From Cenococcum geophilum (Eukaryota): DNA of 64,000 bases. A program made the translations under genes and the position numbers. The number at the start of each line of letters is the position of its first letter. Within the stretch, counting starts at the first letter, position 1. The stretch is from contig CP158635.1 in the NCBI GenBank assembly GCA_050273025.1, positions 6,200,001 to 6,264,000 on the forward strand, written 5' to 3'. This document shows, in pieces, positions 51,901 through 64,000 of this stretch. The notes below the pieces were generated by a model. That model was not told the DNA's origin and did not search any database. It was given only the letters and a program-made list of their open reading frames with translations.

Positions 51901-54900
51901 ATCTACTAGTAATTCGCCTACGCTATAGCCTACTATATAGGCCTTATTATAATAAGAGTAAGCAAGTATATAGGCTTATACCCCGTATGGAAATGAAAGC
52001 CATTTACTAGTTATATTCGTTGGAATGCGGGCCTATAACTAGGAATTTAATTTATAACTACCCGATTATATTTATATCTAAAATCGCGTTATTAAAGTCT
52101 TTTATATATAGGATATATGTATATATATTACTAGGTAATAAACAGTATAGTTAAGTAATATACTGCCTCTAACTATTAATAAGTATAAATTAGAAAAATA
52201 TAAAGGAGGAAAAAAAAGATAGCTAAATCCCGAATATATATCTACCTATACGCCAAAAAGGCACGCGTTTTATAGACCCCTAATATCCTAGTATATTTAA
52301 GAGAGCTAAGTATAGGACTGCATATTATTAAACTTACCTCCCCCTATAAAATTATACTAAAATTCTACGTTCGCATTAATAGCGAATTCCAGATATAATA
52401 AGGATACTTATATCTCTTTATGGCTAGCTAATACTTAAGCTGTAAAAAGAGCATTTTTAATCTAGATTAGAAAATTAATCAGCTTGGCTTTACCGCAGGC
52501 GTAAAGGTTCTTACTTTTCGGCTATTAAGATCCTTCCCTACTAGAATATTAAGGTCCTTTTCTATAAAATCTACGGCTCCTTTTATCGTACTTACCTTAT
52601 TAAGGAAACTATCCTAAACTACCTCTTAAGCGTTCTAATCTAATAGACCATACTAGAGCGCGAGGTGTATTCTACTTATAATAGCTTTATTAATCGTCTT
52701 TACCTAATTAGTTGTAAAAAATAAGATTCCTTTATAGTATTTAAGCTTGTGTAAAAACATACAAATAAGGGCATTGCGATAAATATTATTAGTAGCACGC
52801 TATTTTACAAATACGTCCGCCTTATTAAGGAGTAAAGTGGCTTTCTAGTAAGTTACTATCTTAAAGATAAGAGAAAGCTTCTTCTTAAGTATATTTATAG
52901 TTATGCCTAATTCTCTAGCAGAGATCTGCTTAGTTAAAAAGAGCCATAATTATAAGGGAATAGAGATGTACGATATAAAGTAGTCTCCTAAGGTGTTTTA
53001 ACATTGCCCCTGCTATTAAGGTCTTACTAACACTAGGCGGCCCACTAATTCACTTATCTTAGTAGATAATAGTATAACTAATTTTAAAAGAGAGGGCTTA
53101 GTAATATACTATAAAAGGGTAATAAGTTTACGCCCTTTACCTAATATAAAGTTATCTAAGATAGGGTAAGAGTCCTAAGATAAGTAGGTATTACTAAGAG
53201 CTTAAATAATTTCCTTCTACTAAGTAGGAATCCTAAGGTTATTAAAGGAAGAAGGGTTTTATATAATATTACTAATATTAGTAACTACGAACTTAACTAT
53301 AACGTATTAACAAATGCCGCTTATATATAAGTAAAGATAACATACGCTAGAGCTTGTTACCTAAACTAAAACTTAGTATAGTTAGGCTACTAACTAGGAA
53401 ATCTTAATCCTTTATTTTAGTTAGATCTAAATTTGTCCTCTTAATTTAGTCTTTTCTTTTTATTAAGCCCCTTATAAAATTAAAGATAGCTAATAAGTCT
53501 AGTATTTCCAGCGACTTATTAATTTTTAGTCTAGCGTAATTAGGGTTAATTTGCCAGAAATATACCGTATTAACTATAATTCGGCTCTTAATAAAGACTT
53601 TAATCTTATTACCGTTATTATCCTTATAGAAGGTAGTCCCTTAGTACTAGTAGTAGTAGACACCTCTTAAGTTATTAAACGTTTAACTATATTTAATTAG
53701 CTATACTCTAATCTCGTTTAATTTTCGGTAGTACTCTAGAGGGAATGCCTAAAGGAAGTCTATCTATTTTGTTCCGCAAAACTTCTTAATAGTAAGCCTA
53801 AGGCCGGCTTCCCTAAATACTTTTCTATTAAAATTAAAGTAGTAACAGTCTAGATAGAAGTACTTAGCTCCACTTTATCTTTTTTCCCCCTTACTATAAT
53901 TAAACTTAACACATCTTAGTTTACTAGTACTAGGATAAGTAGTATAGACCTCTAAGTTCGGCTTAAAGAGAGCCTAAAGTAGATTATACGTAATTTTACA
54001 ATTTTTAAGAAGGGGTTTAAGGCGTTTAGTTATAAACGCGTAGGTAGTTTTAATAAAGCTAATTAAGAGGTCCAAATGTTTTAAATATACTTTATTCTTA
54101 GAGTTAATATTTATACTACTTTAATATAATTATAGTTCCGGGAGAAAATTATATAAGAGGTTCTATTTAACCTATACGCGGTATAAGCCGGTAAGATTTA
54201 ATAGCGAAGATTTTCCGCACTAAAGGCTTATCCTCTCTTAGGTAGATTCTATAGATATCTTTAAGGACCTTCCTTAGAACGTCTTGCAACCCCTTAAACT
54301 TAATATTAATATAGGACCCTAGGAAGCGAGACACCCCTCTAAGCGAGTCACTTACCCCTAGATGCATTTGTATTAATAATAAAATTAATAACACCTTTAT
54401 ATTAAATCTAAATAGCCTAAATTAAAGCGATTATGCTTCTTATTATAAAAGAAAATGGCTTAAAAGTTTCCGAGTACGTTATAGGCGTAAGTTTACCCCC
54501 GACGTTAACCAATTAGATAGCTTACTACTATACTTTTCTAAGCCTCCCTTTTAGATCAACTTACTACCAAATTCCTTTATAGGCTAAGGATTACACTAAA
54601 AGACGTATATAAAGGTTGCTTAGTCTTAGCTATATTTACTAGGGTTTAATACAGCTTTAGTATATAAAGCAACGTTAAGCTCTAGTAGAGAGGTCCCTTC
54701 CTTATACTCCTTTTAAGCTAACTTTTAGGTAGTAAGCTCCTGTTTTTATAGATCCTCTAACTTTAATTAATTAACTTCCTCCTGGGTAAGGACTCTACCC
54801 TTACTTAGGAGTTTCCTACTACTTTTCTTATCTATCTTATACTTCTAAAATCGCTTATTCTCTTCTCTCTATATTTATGCATTAGTAGTAAAGCTAATAG

Positions 54901-55685
54901 TAGCTTTAAACAGCTTTTCAATATATCGCTAAATAGGGGTTTTAAGCATACCGTCTGGTCGCTTAGTAGTTGATTTAGTGATCTAATTTTGTAAAGACTT
55001 AAGGTCCTCTATAGTCCTAGGGGTCTTTAGGGTTTAATAGTCTGTAATTATAATTAACTAGCTTATTTTAGGGCTTACAGAGGCCTTTATGCGTGGTAGA
55101 GCCTTTAAGATAGCGGTAGGATTATATAGTAGAAGACTTATAGCTTTCTAGGCGCTATAAATCGTCTTATAAGTAAACGCCTTAGCGCGCGCTATAGGGT
55201 AGAGCTTTATAAAATACTCTTTGTTGATTCTTGCATGGCTATAATAATAGAAGTTATTTACCTCTACGCTATAGTAGTACTAAAGAGGTCTAAAACAGCT
55301 TATATCTAGTGGCTAAAGCTTATACATTAAATGAGGTAGGAGCGCGACTAGAACGATCCTATGTAATAGCGCATACTTAATATACTGCTAGGTAATGTGG
55401 CTTAAGTAATTATCTATTATAAGTATGCAATAGCTTTAAATATCGCCCTTATTATCCTCCACAAGATATTACATATAAGTATTATAGTGCTTAATATAGT
55501 ATAAGCCTAGCAAGTCGTCCGTCTAGCCTTTTATTAAGGTTATATAGGCATACCTATAAAGACGTTTATTCTGCTTAGTAATTTAATACTAAATCTCCTA
55601 GTATTACTAACCTTTCTAAATTATAAACGGAGGTAGGTAAGAGCTATTAGTGCTAATTATCTTAATTATAAAGACTAGCTCTTAT

Positions 55686-58600
55686 TGTTAGGAATAAAGG
55701 CAAGTGGTCACTATATAAGGTATATTGCCGTCACGTATAGCAAGTTGCCGTTATATACGGTAAGTTGCCGTTACGCGTCGCCGCGGCACTAGCGTGGCGA
55801 GGAGCCTTAAGCTTCTCGCCCTCCCTTATAAAGATAAAAAAGAAAAACAATTATTATACTATCTACGAACCGTAGCTATATAATATTACCTTTTATAACC
55901 AACACTAATTAGTAGTTAACTTTACTATTATACCATAAAATAGCTAAGTATTCTACTAAGAAGAAATAAGCTACTATATTAGTGCTACTTATACTAGAGG
56001 AAGCTGTCTTTTAAGGTTAGAACTAGTCCTAAACCTTAAATAGAACTTTTTTATAAATCTAAGGATTTTGTTCGTACTAACTTAATAGCACGAGTGAGTC
56101 GTATCCCGGGGCACGAAATACGTATAGTATCGTATGCTCTTTGGGATGGTGGTGACTGTCTCTTGTATTGAAGCAGACTACGTGGTCTATATACTGATGC
56201 GTCCTTCCCCCCTGATTAGTCAGTGCTTGTGCACCAGACGCGTAAGCGGGTGGTTGGTGCGCCGAACGCGTAAACGCGTACCTGACGTACCGAACGCGTA
56301 GGCACGCGGTTGGTACGACAGGTGCTGTAATTATACAGATTTAAAGGCTAGAACTAGTCCTAAGCCTTTTTAAGATTATAGATTCTTACGTCTATTACGC
56401 AAAATAATACGCTTTATAAGTTTTTATAATTTAAGGCTAGAACTAATCTTAAGCCCTATAATTATAAATATACGTTATAAATGCGTACTAAATCGCAAAT
56501 ATATGTTATAAATGCGTACTAAACAATAATCTCTAAACTAATAATACCTCCCTCCCTCTAAAAATATAGCTACGCCTACTTTAAATAACTAGGAAGACTT
56601 CTTACTACTAGGGGTAGCTACGTATATAAAATTTATTAATAAAAATTAGGATAAATTTACTATTAATATAATAACTTATACCGTAAAACAAGTTAATAGC
56701 TTTCTTCTATACTATATCCTATTCTACTAAAGTAGACACTATACCGATTTATAACTATAGGAATATTTTAAGGAGAATTTTATAGAATGGACCGCTAATA
56801 CTTAGGTACTTAGTAATATTAATATTGTTTAGGATTTTTAAGACTTCCTTTATAGGAATAGGGTATATATTACTAAGAATAGTAACCCAATTACTAGCAA
56901 TATTTAGGCCGTTATTATTAGTATAAAAAAACTAATATAGATGGAAGCTAAAATTATACGTTAACTATAGAAACCTAAAACTAACCTATATTCTTTAGAA
57001 GGCAACTTTAATTTATATTAAAACCCCTAGAATGCTAATTCCCTACCTAGAGGTACTCTTTTACCTAAAGGTACTCTTTTACTACCCCCTTTATCCTAGC
57101 TAACCGGTAAGCCTCTATTATAAGAAGTTATAAATTTAATAAAGGTATATTTAGACGAAGAAATTTTTTTTAAAGGAGAACTGTATAATATACTTAGAGT
57201 AAAACTATAGGTTTTCTATAACTATTATAATAAGGTTAAAATTTAATACTACTAGTACCACTACGCTTTCTCTATTATATTAAAAGGACGGGTAGTAATA
57301 TTCTATTATAACTATATTATAGGTAAAAACTATAGCTTTAATATAATGCTTTAGCTTATTAAAGCTTACTTTAAGACTAATAAGAATTACTAACTTTATA
57401 TATCTAAATAGCGGGAAACTATATTCTAGAGAGTTATTACTTCTAACCTAATAAAGACTTATTTAAAGTGCCTTTAACTACTCTTTAATAAACTCTAAAA
57501 AATCTAATATAGCCTTACTAAAACTTACTAAAATAAGAACAGCCTAAGGGACTAGGTTATTTTAGTATACTATAACGTTCCTAAGTGCAATTTAGCGCTA
57601 TATAAACCTATAGATACGTTTAAAGAAGTATATACTAAGCTACGCTTTGCTATAGGTACTATAATATAAATATAAAAATCTTAATAGTTTTATACTAAAA
57701 ACCTTACCTAACTAAGTATTCCTAACTAATATAATTATAACTAGACTAATTAAATATATAGTGGCCGTGGTAGGAAATATAGAAGAGGGTATAATTAATA
57801 TTAACTATAAGGTAATTATAGAGGTCCTTATAGAGGTTTATTTTAAAGTAATTACTAGAAAAAGTGCTATATTTATAAGAAGCTAAATTACTAGTTAACT
57901 AGATACTCCCTTAATAAGCAAAAAGAGGTATATAATAAGTTCCATTAAAGTATAAAAAACGTTAAAAATTATAAAGTTACTGTAACCTACTTTTAAAGCT
58001 TCCTAATTTAATATAAAGGCGTAGAAGATCTTAAGGGTAAGGTTAATAAGGTTAAATAGCTCCTTATAGATATAGAAATTAAGGATTACTCCCCTAACCA
58101 ATACTTTACTAAGTATAGTAAGGTAGATAGTATATAAACCATCACTGTTCTTAATAATTAATCTACGCTCTATTCTATTACGAAATTTAATATCTTTAAT
58201 AAGCTAAAGAAAAGTTCCGCGTTTTCCTTTAATAATAGATACTTAGTAAACGTCTTTTATAGTATTATACTAGATATAGGAGCCATAGGAGTATCTATAG
58301 TAGGAGAACCCTAAGTTTAAGCTCTTTAGCAGCTTAATAGCTCTATTTAGATTAACTAATTAACGGCAGGCTAATATACGATTTGTTTTAGTAAGGGTAC
58401 TATAATTTTTCTTAGCATAATTAGGGTCTAAACCCCCTTAGGGTGCATTACTTTCCATATTATTTCTATAAATACTCTATTTCTATTTTACATTAAAGAT
58501 ATAGATAAATTAGGCGTTAAGCTTAATAACTTTAAGAATATGCTTATATAGGGAGATAGTTAGATACCAATTATACGCAAGTAGGGTTAACCTTAGTTGC

Positions 58601-61600
58601 TCCTTTATTAACTAAAAAAGAGTGTTACTTAGAGCTACCTAATTAAGTTAAAGTTACGTTAACTACACCATTATTTTAGCCACTTATCTATTTATTAATT
58701 ACTTAGGGTTTTTTAGTAAGTAGGCTATAAAGTTAAGGTTAAGGTAATTAAGCATCTTATAAAGTACTGCTATTACTACTAAATAAACCAGAAGTCCCCT
58801 AACCAATTTAAGTTTACCCTTAAAAATAACTACAACTTTAACTTCTATATTATTATTAACGTTATATATTTTAGCGGTAAGCTAGTGCTCTAAGTTATTA
58901 ACTTCTTAACCTCCTTCTAAGCCGCGCGTTTTTTTAAAAGATATATTAGCTAGAAATATATAGGATACCCTTTAATTATATTAGATTAATATCTATTTAG
59001 GGCCCCCTAATTAAATCGTCTATAATATAGAAAAGAACTTCTTATCTATAGAGTTTTAATAATAGATAAAGGTAATAGTAATTAAGGTTAAGGAAGTCCC
59101 TATTAAGGTATATAATAATATTAAAAAAATAGAACAATATTACACGCCATTATGCCACGTATATAATATTATCTCTTTAAAACTAAAAGACGCTAGCGAA
59201 GAACTTACCTTATAAATGGCTATTAAAGCTATTAATAATTCCGCTAGCCTAGATAGACTCGTACCTATATTACTAGTCTTTAGCGCCTACCCTTAAATAA
59301 CTAATAATTCTTTACTATTTCCCTCTATTATATAATAAGCTAAGGCTATTTATAAGGTAATAAAGGAGGTATAATATCTTTACGCTATACGCTAGGTTAA
59401 TAATACACTAGGAATAAGAAATAGCCTAAATACCTTAACTACGCTTAATCTGCCACTTTAGTCTAAAGTACATATATGGCGTAAAAAGGGAGAATAGTTA
59501 GGCCTATACTAACTTATTATAATTAATTGCTAAACTTATACTATTTAGATGCCTTACAGACCCACTTAATTCCATTTAACTATTATTAAGCCTTATTATA
59601 AAGATAATAATTCTAAGCCTTTATAGGATGCCTTAGAAGATACTTTAAAGGAGAACTATAATTAACGTGCTTTAAAAGGCGACTATAATCCTAATATAAT
59701 TGTAGTAGATATACTATAACTATAACGCGGTAGAGGTCGCCTAAAGAGATTACAAAATCGCTAACATCTTATTAATTTTAAAGAATAATTTATTTCCGCT
59801 ATTAAGAATAAAGTTAAGTTATTAATGGCCTTTATAATAGCTAAAGAGAAGGCTAACTTTAAGCTCGCAAAATAGCTCTAAAAAGAAGGTTATATTATAA
59901 CCCTAGGAGCTCCTTTCTAAGCATCTAATAAGTAGGAGATTAACGGTTTTATTATAAGAGGAGTCTTTAAATTTAAGAAGTATAACCCTACTAAGTTTAA
60001 TAAAGTTCGCATCTTTAAGTTAAGGATAGTTAATGAGATTAAGGGTAAAGCTACTAATACCCCATTTAAGAAATTAAGGCCTATTATCTAAGGTTACAAC
60101 GATAATAGTAAGGAGATAATTCTTATATAATCTCCTATAATTTAACAAGCTAGTTAATAGGTTATTATTATATTAGCCCTCTCCTTAATAAAGAATAAAA
60201 TAGCAGTCTATTTATAAGATATTACTTAGGCCTATACCTAATTAGAGATGCACCTTTAACGCTTAATATTAGCGCACCTTCTAGAGTAAATTCGCTACCA
60301 ATATCCGGAAGATATAATTATAGTTATACTTAAGCCATTATATAGAATTGCAGAGGTAGGAACCTATTAATAGGCTACCTATAGTAAGCACTATAAAGAG
60401 AAGCTTTTAATAACTATATCTATATTTAACCCCTACTTCCTTATTATAACTATAGGAACTCTATTTAGAATTGTTAGTATATAAACTAATAATATAATTA
60501 TTTTAGCAGACAACTAATTCTTAGCTCTTAAAGAAAATAAGCTAATAAAAGTAAATCTTATAATAAAGCTAAAAGAAAAGCTTAATTTAATAACACTATT
60601 ACTCTTTAATAAATGCATCCTCTTCCTAAATAATGATTCCATTGCTTTGCGCTAAAAGGGCTAAGGTAAAAAAATTAACGTTATTAATGTTAATTCTCTA
60701 AAGTAAAGATATATAGAGTAACGTGCTTATAGAGCTTATATTACTTTTATCTGTTAACCTAAGGCTTTATTTAATCTTTTTATTACCGCTTAATACTAAA
60801 AACTAACTAAGGATAACGTTCTTGCCCTAAATAAGCGTCTTTCCTAGTAAATAAACCATCTTAATTAGAGACTACTTTATGTGCCTATTAATCTTCCTAC
60901 CGCTAAGCTCTTTATATTTGTTAATAGATTGTTTATAAATAATAAAGATTTTAGCTCCTAATTAGGATATAAGATTATTATCGCGAACAAATCTACTGGA
61001 GAGAATAACTTTATAATCTATAGCAACCTTATTTATTAGAGCTTAACTAAAAGTAAGCGTATTACTTAAAGCGTTCTAGCGTTAGAGATATATAGAATAG
61101 TTAGCGGAGTTAATATAGTAATTACAATTGGAACTACCCTAAAGATAATTATAGATTAACTCAAACTTCCTATTATCCCTATAATTATATACACTAACTT
61201 ATATTCCCTCTACGAGTATTTAATTAAGCTTAGTACTACAAAGGAGAAGCGCCTTATAATTAATATTATAGCACTTTAGCAATTCTATAAGCGTTAAAAA
61301 CTCTTTAAGATTTAATAGATTAATGGCTAAGATAACCTAGTAGATATAATAATAAAGGCGAACCCAAACAAGGCACTAGAGACGTTTATTAATATAAATA
61401 CTCTATATATATAAGTTAAAGGTTAGGTTAAAAAGGAGTCCCTAAAAATCTCTTAGTTACGTAAAGTTTTAAAATATCTAGGAACTTTAACCGGCGGTTA
61501 AAGTTATCTAATTAGTTAGATTCTCTTACTAAGACTTTTTTAGAGGGGGGGAGAATAATATTTTATAGACCCTAACTTAACCTAGCCAATTAGGATTTTC

Positions 61601-62055
61601 CATCCCTAGGATAAAAAATCGCTATTGGCTCGCTTACTACTAGCGCCTTAGCGGCCCTCTAAATAAGATATCTACCTGTAACTCCTAAGTAAGAAAGTAC
61701 CACGTGCTAAGAGGCAAATTTTAGGATAGCAAGACTTATATTACAATAGTAATAGTAAATAAGGAGGATTAATTTTTATTCTGCTAGTTAAGCGGTATAT
61801 ATATATAGATAGCAACTATAAAAGAAGAGTTGCTAGTATTAGGAATAAAGGCAAGTAGTTACTATATAAGGTATATTGCCGTCATATATAGCAAGTTACC
61901 GTTATATGCGGTAAGTTGCTATTACGTATTACCGCGGCACTAGTGTAATAAGGAGCCTTAAGCTCCTTACCCTCCCTTATAAAAATAAAAAATAAAAATA
62001 ATTATTATACTATCTACGAACCGTAGCTACGTAATATTACCTTATATAACTAACA
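55686..62055 (+). mobile_element. Ty1/copia LTR retrotransposon copy 2, structurally complete, RIP-degraded
   Basis: 219-bp LTRs 55686-55904 (TGTTAGG...CCAACA) and 61837-62055; TSD CTTAT at 55681-55685 and 62056-62060; domain order protease (~58265), integrase (~58660-59300), RT (~59900-60800), RNase H (~60900-61400). Confidence 0.95.
56069..56337. mobile_element. solo LTR of another family, 269 bp, little RIP
   Basis: TG...CA termini; TSD GATTT at 56064-56068 and 56338-56342; empty site visible in copia copy 1 at ~41505-41520. Confidence 0.9.
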
Positions 62056-63869
62056 CTTATATTCCTAGTTATTAAATAGTCTAATTTTTTAACCTCTCTT
62101 TACTAGTCTTACCATCTATAATTACTTAAGCCAATACTATAAGGCCTAGCATTACCCCTTTTTCGTCAAAGTTGTGCATAAATTTAGAGTGCTTAATTAA
62201 GTATTTATCCTATACGCTTTAAAAGAACTTAAACTAGTCACAAATAATAACTGGATTCTTATTTTAGGCTCTTTAGCAATCTAATTAACGACTTATAATA
62301 CGATAGAGCCCATGGCGTTATATAAATCTCTCCCCCTAATATTTACCTATAACCCTACCTTCTGCTAAAAATAAGTTTATAATTATAAAAAGCATATTAA
62401 CTCTTATTAGAAAGCCCTAGGACTAATACCTACACATCTATTTAATAATTTAATCCTCCTAATAAGTATACAGTAGGGTTTTATAGGCTAGGTGTTAAGG
62501 GAGATGCCTAGTAAGATGATGGGCAACGGTAGAGGGTAGTAATGCGCGAACGTCGGAGGCTTTGCGAATTGACGGCTTAACGCCCAATTTAACGTCTTGT
62601 ATAGCTTTTTGTATGGAGGTTTCGGCTTCGCGAGAACTGAATTTAGGAAGGGACATGGCGATTTGTGCTAGAAATTTTCGATTTAGGTATAATTTGGCAG
62701 GGAAGAAGAAGGGGAGGTATGGGCGCGAATGTCTTGCTAGGGGGGGTGTCTTGCTTCCTAGGGTCCCACATTAATATAAAATATAAAGTCTTTAGTTTTC
62801 TTATCTATAATTTATTTTTAGTAATTAAAGACACTTATAAAGAGTATTCTGCCTACTAATTTAAATACAATTAATAAACACGTATTAATCTAGTTTATTA
62901 ACCTCTCTTATTAGGGCTACTAGCTTAGTAATCTTATACTAATAAGCTTTCTTATCCTAACTATAAAGAAATAGTGTTAACAGGACTATATACGCATACC
63001 TATAAAGATATATACTTTGTTTACTATCTTATACTCTAACCTAGAGGCTTATAGTATTACTTTAAGTTTAGGGTCTTTTAGGGCTAGTAGCTTAATAACT
63101 AGGCCTTTTAGGGTAGAGGTAGAGGTAGATAACGTATTTATTACTATAGCTACCTTTAACAGCTTTAGAAATTGTAAAATATACTAGATAATAAGGGGCG
63201 GCTAAGCTAGTAATAAAGTAGGGCTACCTAAAGGAGTATTTAGGGTCTTTAATATAGTCTATATATTGCCTAAAGGGTAGAGCTAATTTAAAATATAAGA
63301 TTAGAGAAGTAGCTAGAGGAGGTTAATAGTACTAGTCTTTAGAGGAAAATTAGAGTAAGGAGCTAAGCATAAATTATATTATTTCTTTAAAAGATCCGCC
63401 TTTTTTTTATATCCTTTAATAGCACCTAAGCTACTATTATACCGTAAATATTTACTAAAACCCGCTTTATGCCATATAAATACTTCCCCCTATTTATCCT
63501 AGGAGACGCTATATTAATATCACTTCTAATATAGTATAGAACTTAACTAAGTAAAGGTATATAATCCTGCTATAACTATAAAACTAAAGCTATAGCTTAT
63601 ATTTAGTATCTTAGTTCTAACACTAGAGCGATATAAAAGGAGATATAATAGATACGTAGTTGCATATATAGTAGAGGCTTATAGCTGTCTAATATTATTT
63701 AAACCAGAAACCTAAGGTAAAAAGAGATATAACTGCTCTAATTAATATATAAGTGCTAGGTGGATGTCTTAATTAAAGTAAAGAGTATATACGCTAGGCC
63801 TAAGCATTACTAGGGCTTTACTACATTTTTCCTAACCCCCGCTTACAAAACCTATATATAGCAGCTTAT

Positions 63870-63930
63870 TTCTAATCTTATTCTTAATCATATTCCCAAT
63901 CTTATTCTTATTCTTAATCTTATTCTTATT
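63870..63930. repeat. hexamer microsatellite (TTCTTA/ATCTTA)n
   Basis: Directly visible. Confidence 0.8.
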
Positions 63931-64000
63931 ATAGCTAGAAGTATTAGACATATCGTAAGGGCGGCCAAGGCGCTAGTAGCAAGCGAGCTAATAGCGATTT

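Larger units (their letters stand above)
54480..62656 (-). pseudogene. Fot1 DDE transposase (62656-62061 + 55685-~54480)
   Basis: N-terminal HTH MSLPKFSSREAETSIQKAI..SIRKAS; NFDEKG; ILIIDNYLSH; LPHLMYKL*PLDISCFRPL (DDE_1 motifs). Confidence 0.9.
54309..62771 (-). mobile_element. Fot1/pogo (Tc1-mariner superfamily) DNA transposon, ~2.09 kb without the nested copia
   Basis: ~29-bp TIRs ATATAGGACCCTAGGAAGCGAGACACCCC (54309) and GGGGTGTCTTGCTTCCTAGGGTCCCACAT (ends 62771); TA TSD at 54307-54308 and 62772-62773. Confidence 0.92.
52306..63265 (-). pseudogene. fungal AAA+ ATPase, copy B, interrupted by Fot1 (coding parts 52306-54308 and ~62772-63265)
   Basis: GPPSVSKTLIA (~53012-53043), LLLNKADVF, LKYYKGILF, SRIHLAL; frame DKKTKDFIFYI|NIKFKGLQDVLR is restored across the Fot1 TA site; N-terminal ASRLEYKIVNKV at ~63010-63050. 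Confidence 0.88.

Noticed and set aside
17423..62859. Remaining short track ORFs (17423, 18051, 36114, 36401, 40811, 40858, 44328, 62562, 62665)
   Set aside because: They are antisense or off-frame to recognised pseudogenes, or lie in non-coding TE sequence
63958..64000. Third copia copy
   Set aside because: Only ~40 bp resemble the copia 3' UTR (1660-1703) at the window edge, and the adjacent sequence does not match; cannot be called

Overview
AT-rich, heavily RIP-mutated (CpA/TpG depleted, TpA enriched) region of a filamentous ascomycete genome. It contains essentially no intact genes; almost all coding relics were read by translating through RIP-created stops. Main structure: a ~34.7 kb Starship-like giant element (~5468-40136, minus-oriented) sits inside a Ty1/copia LTR retrotransposon whose two halves share a CTAAT target-site duplication. 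It has a DUF3435 tyrosine-recombinase captain at the right end, a Myb/SANT gene near the left end, and AAA ATPase, FunK1 kinase, C2H2, BTB and hypothetical cargo. The right part holds a 444-bp TRIM with a self-complementary (Tf1-type) primer site, a non-autonomous CACTA-like element full of minisatellites, a second inverted FunK1/AAA module, and a four-level nest (AAA gene < Fot1/pogo < copia < solo LTR) with TSDs readable at every level. Pseudogene boundaries are approximate.
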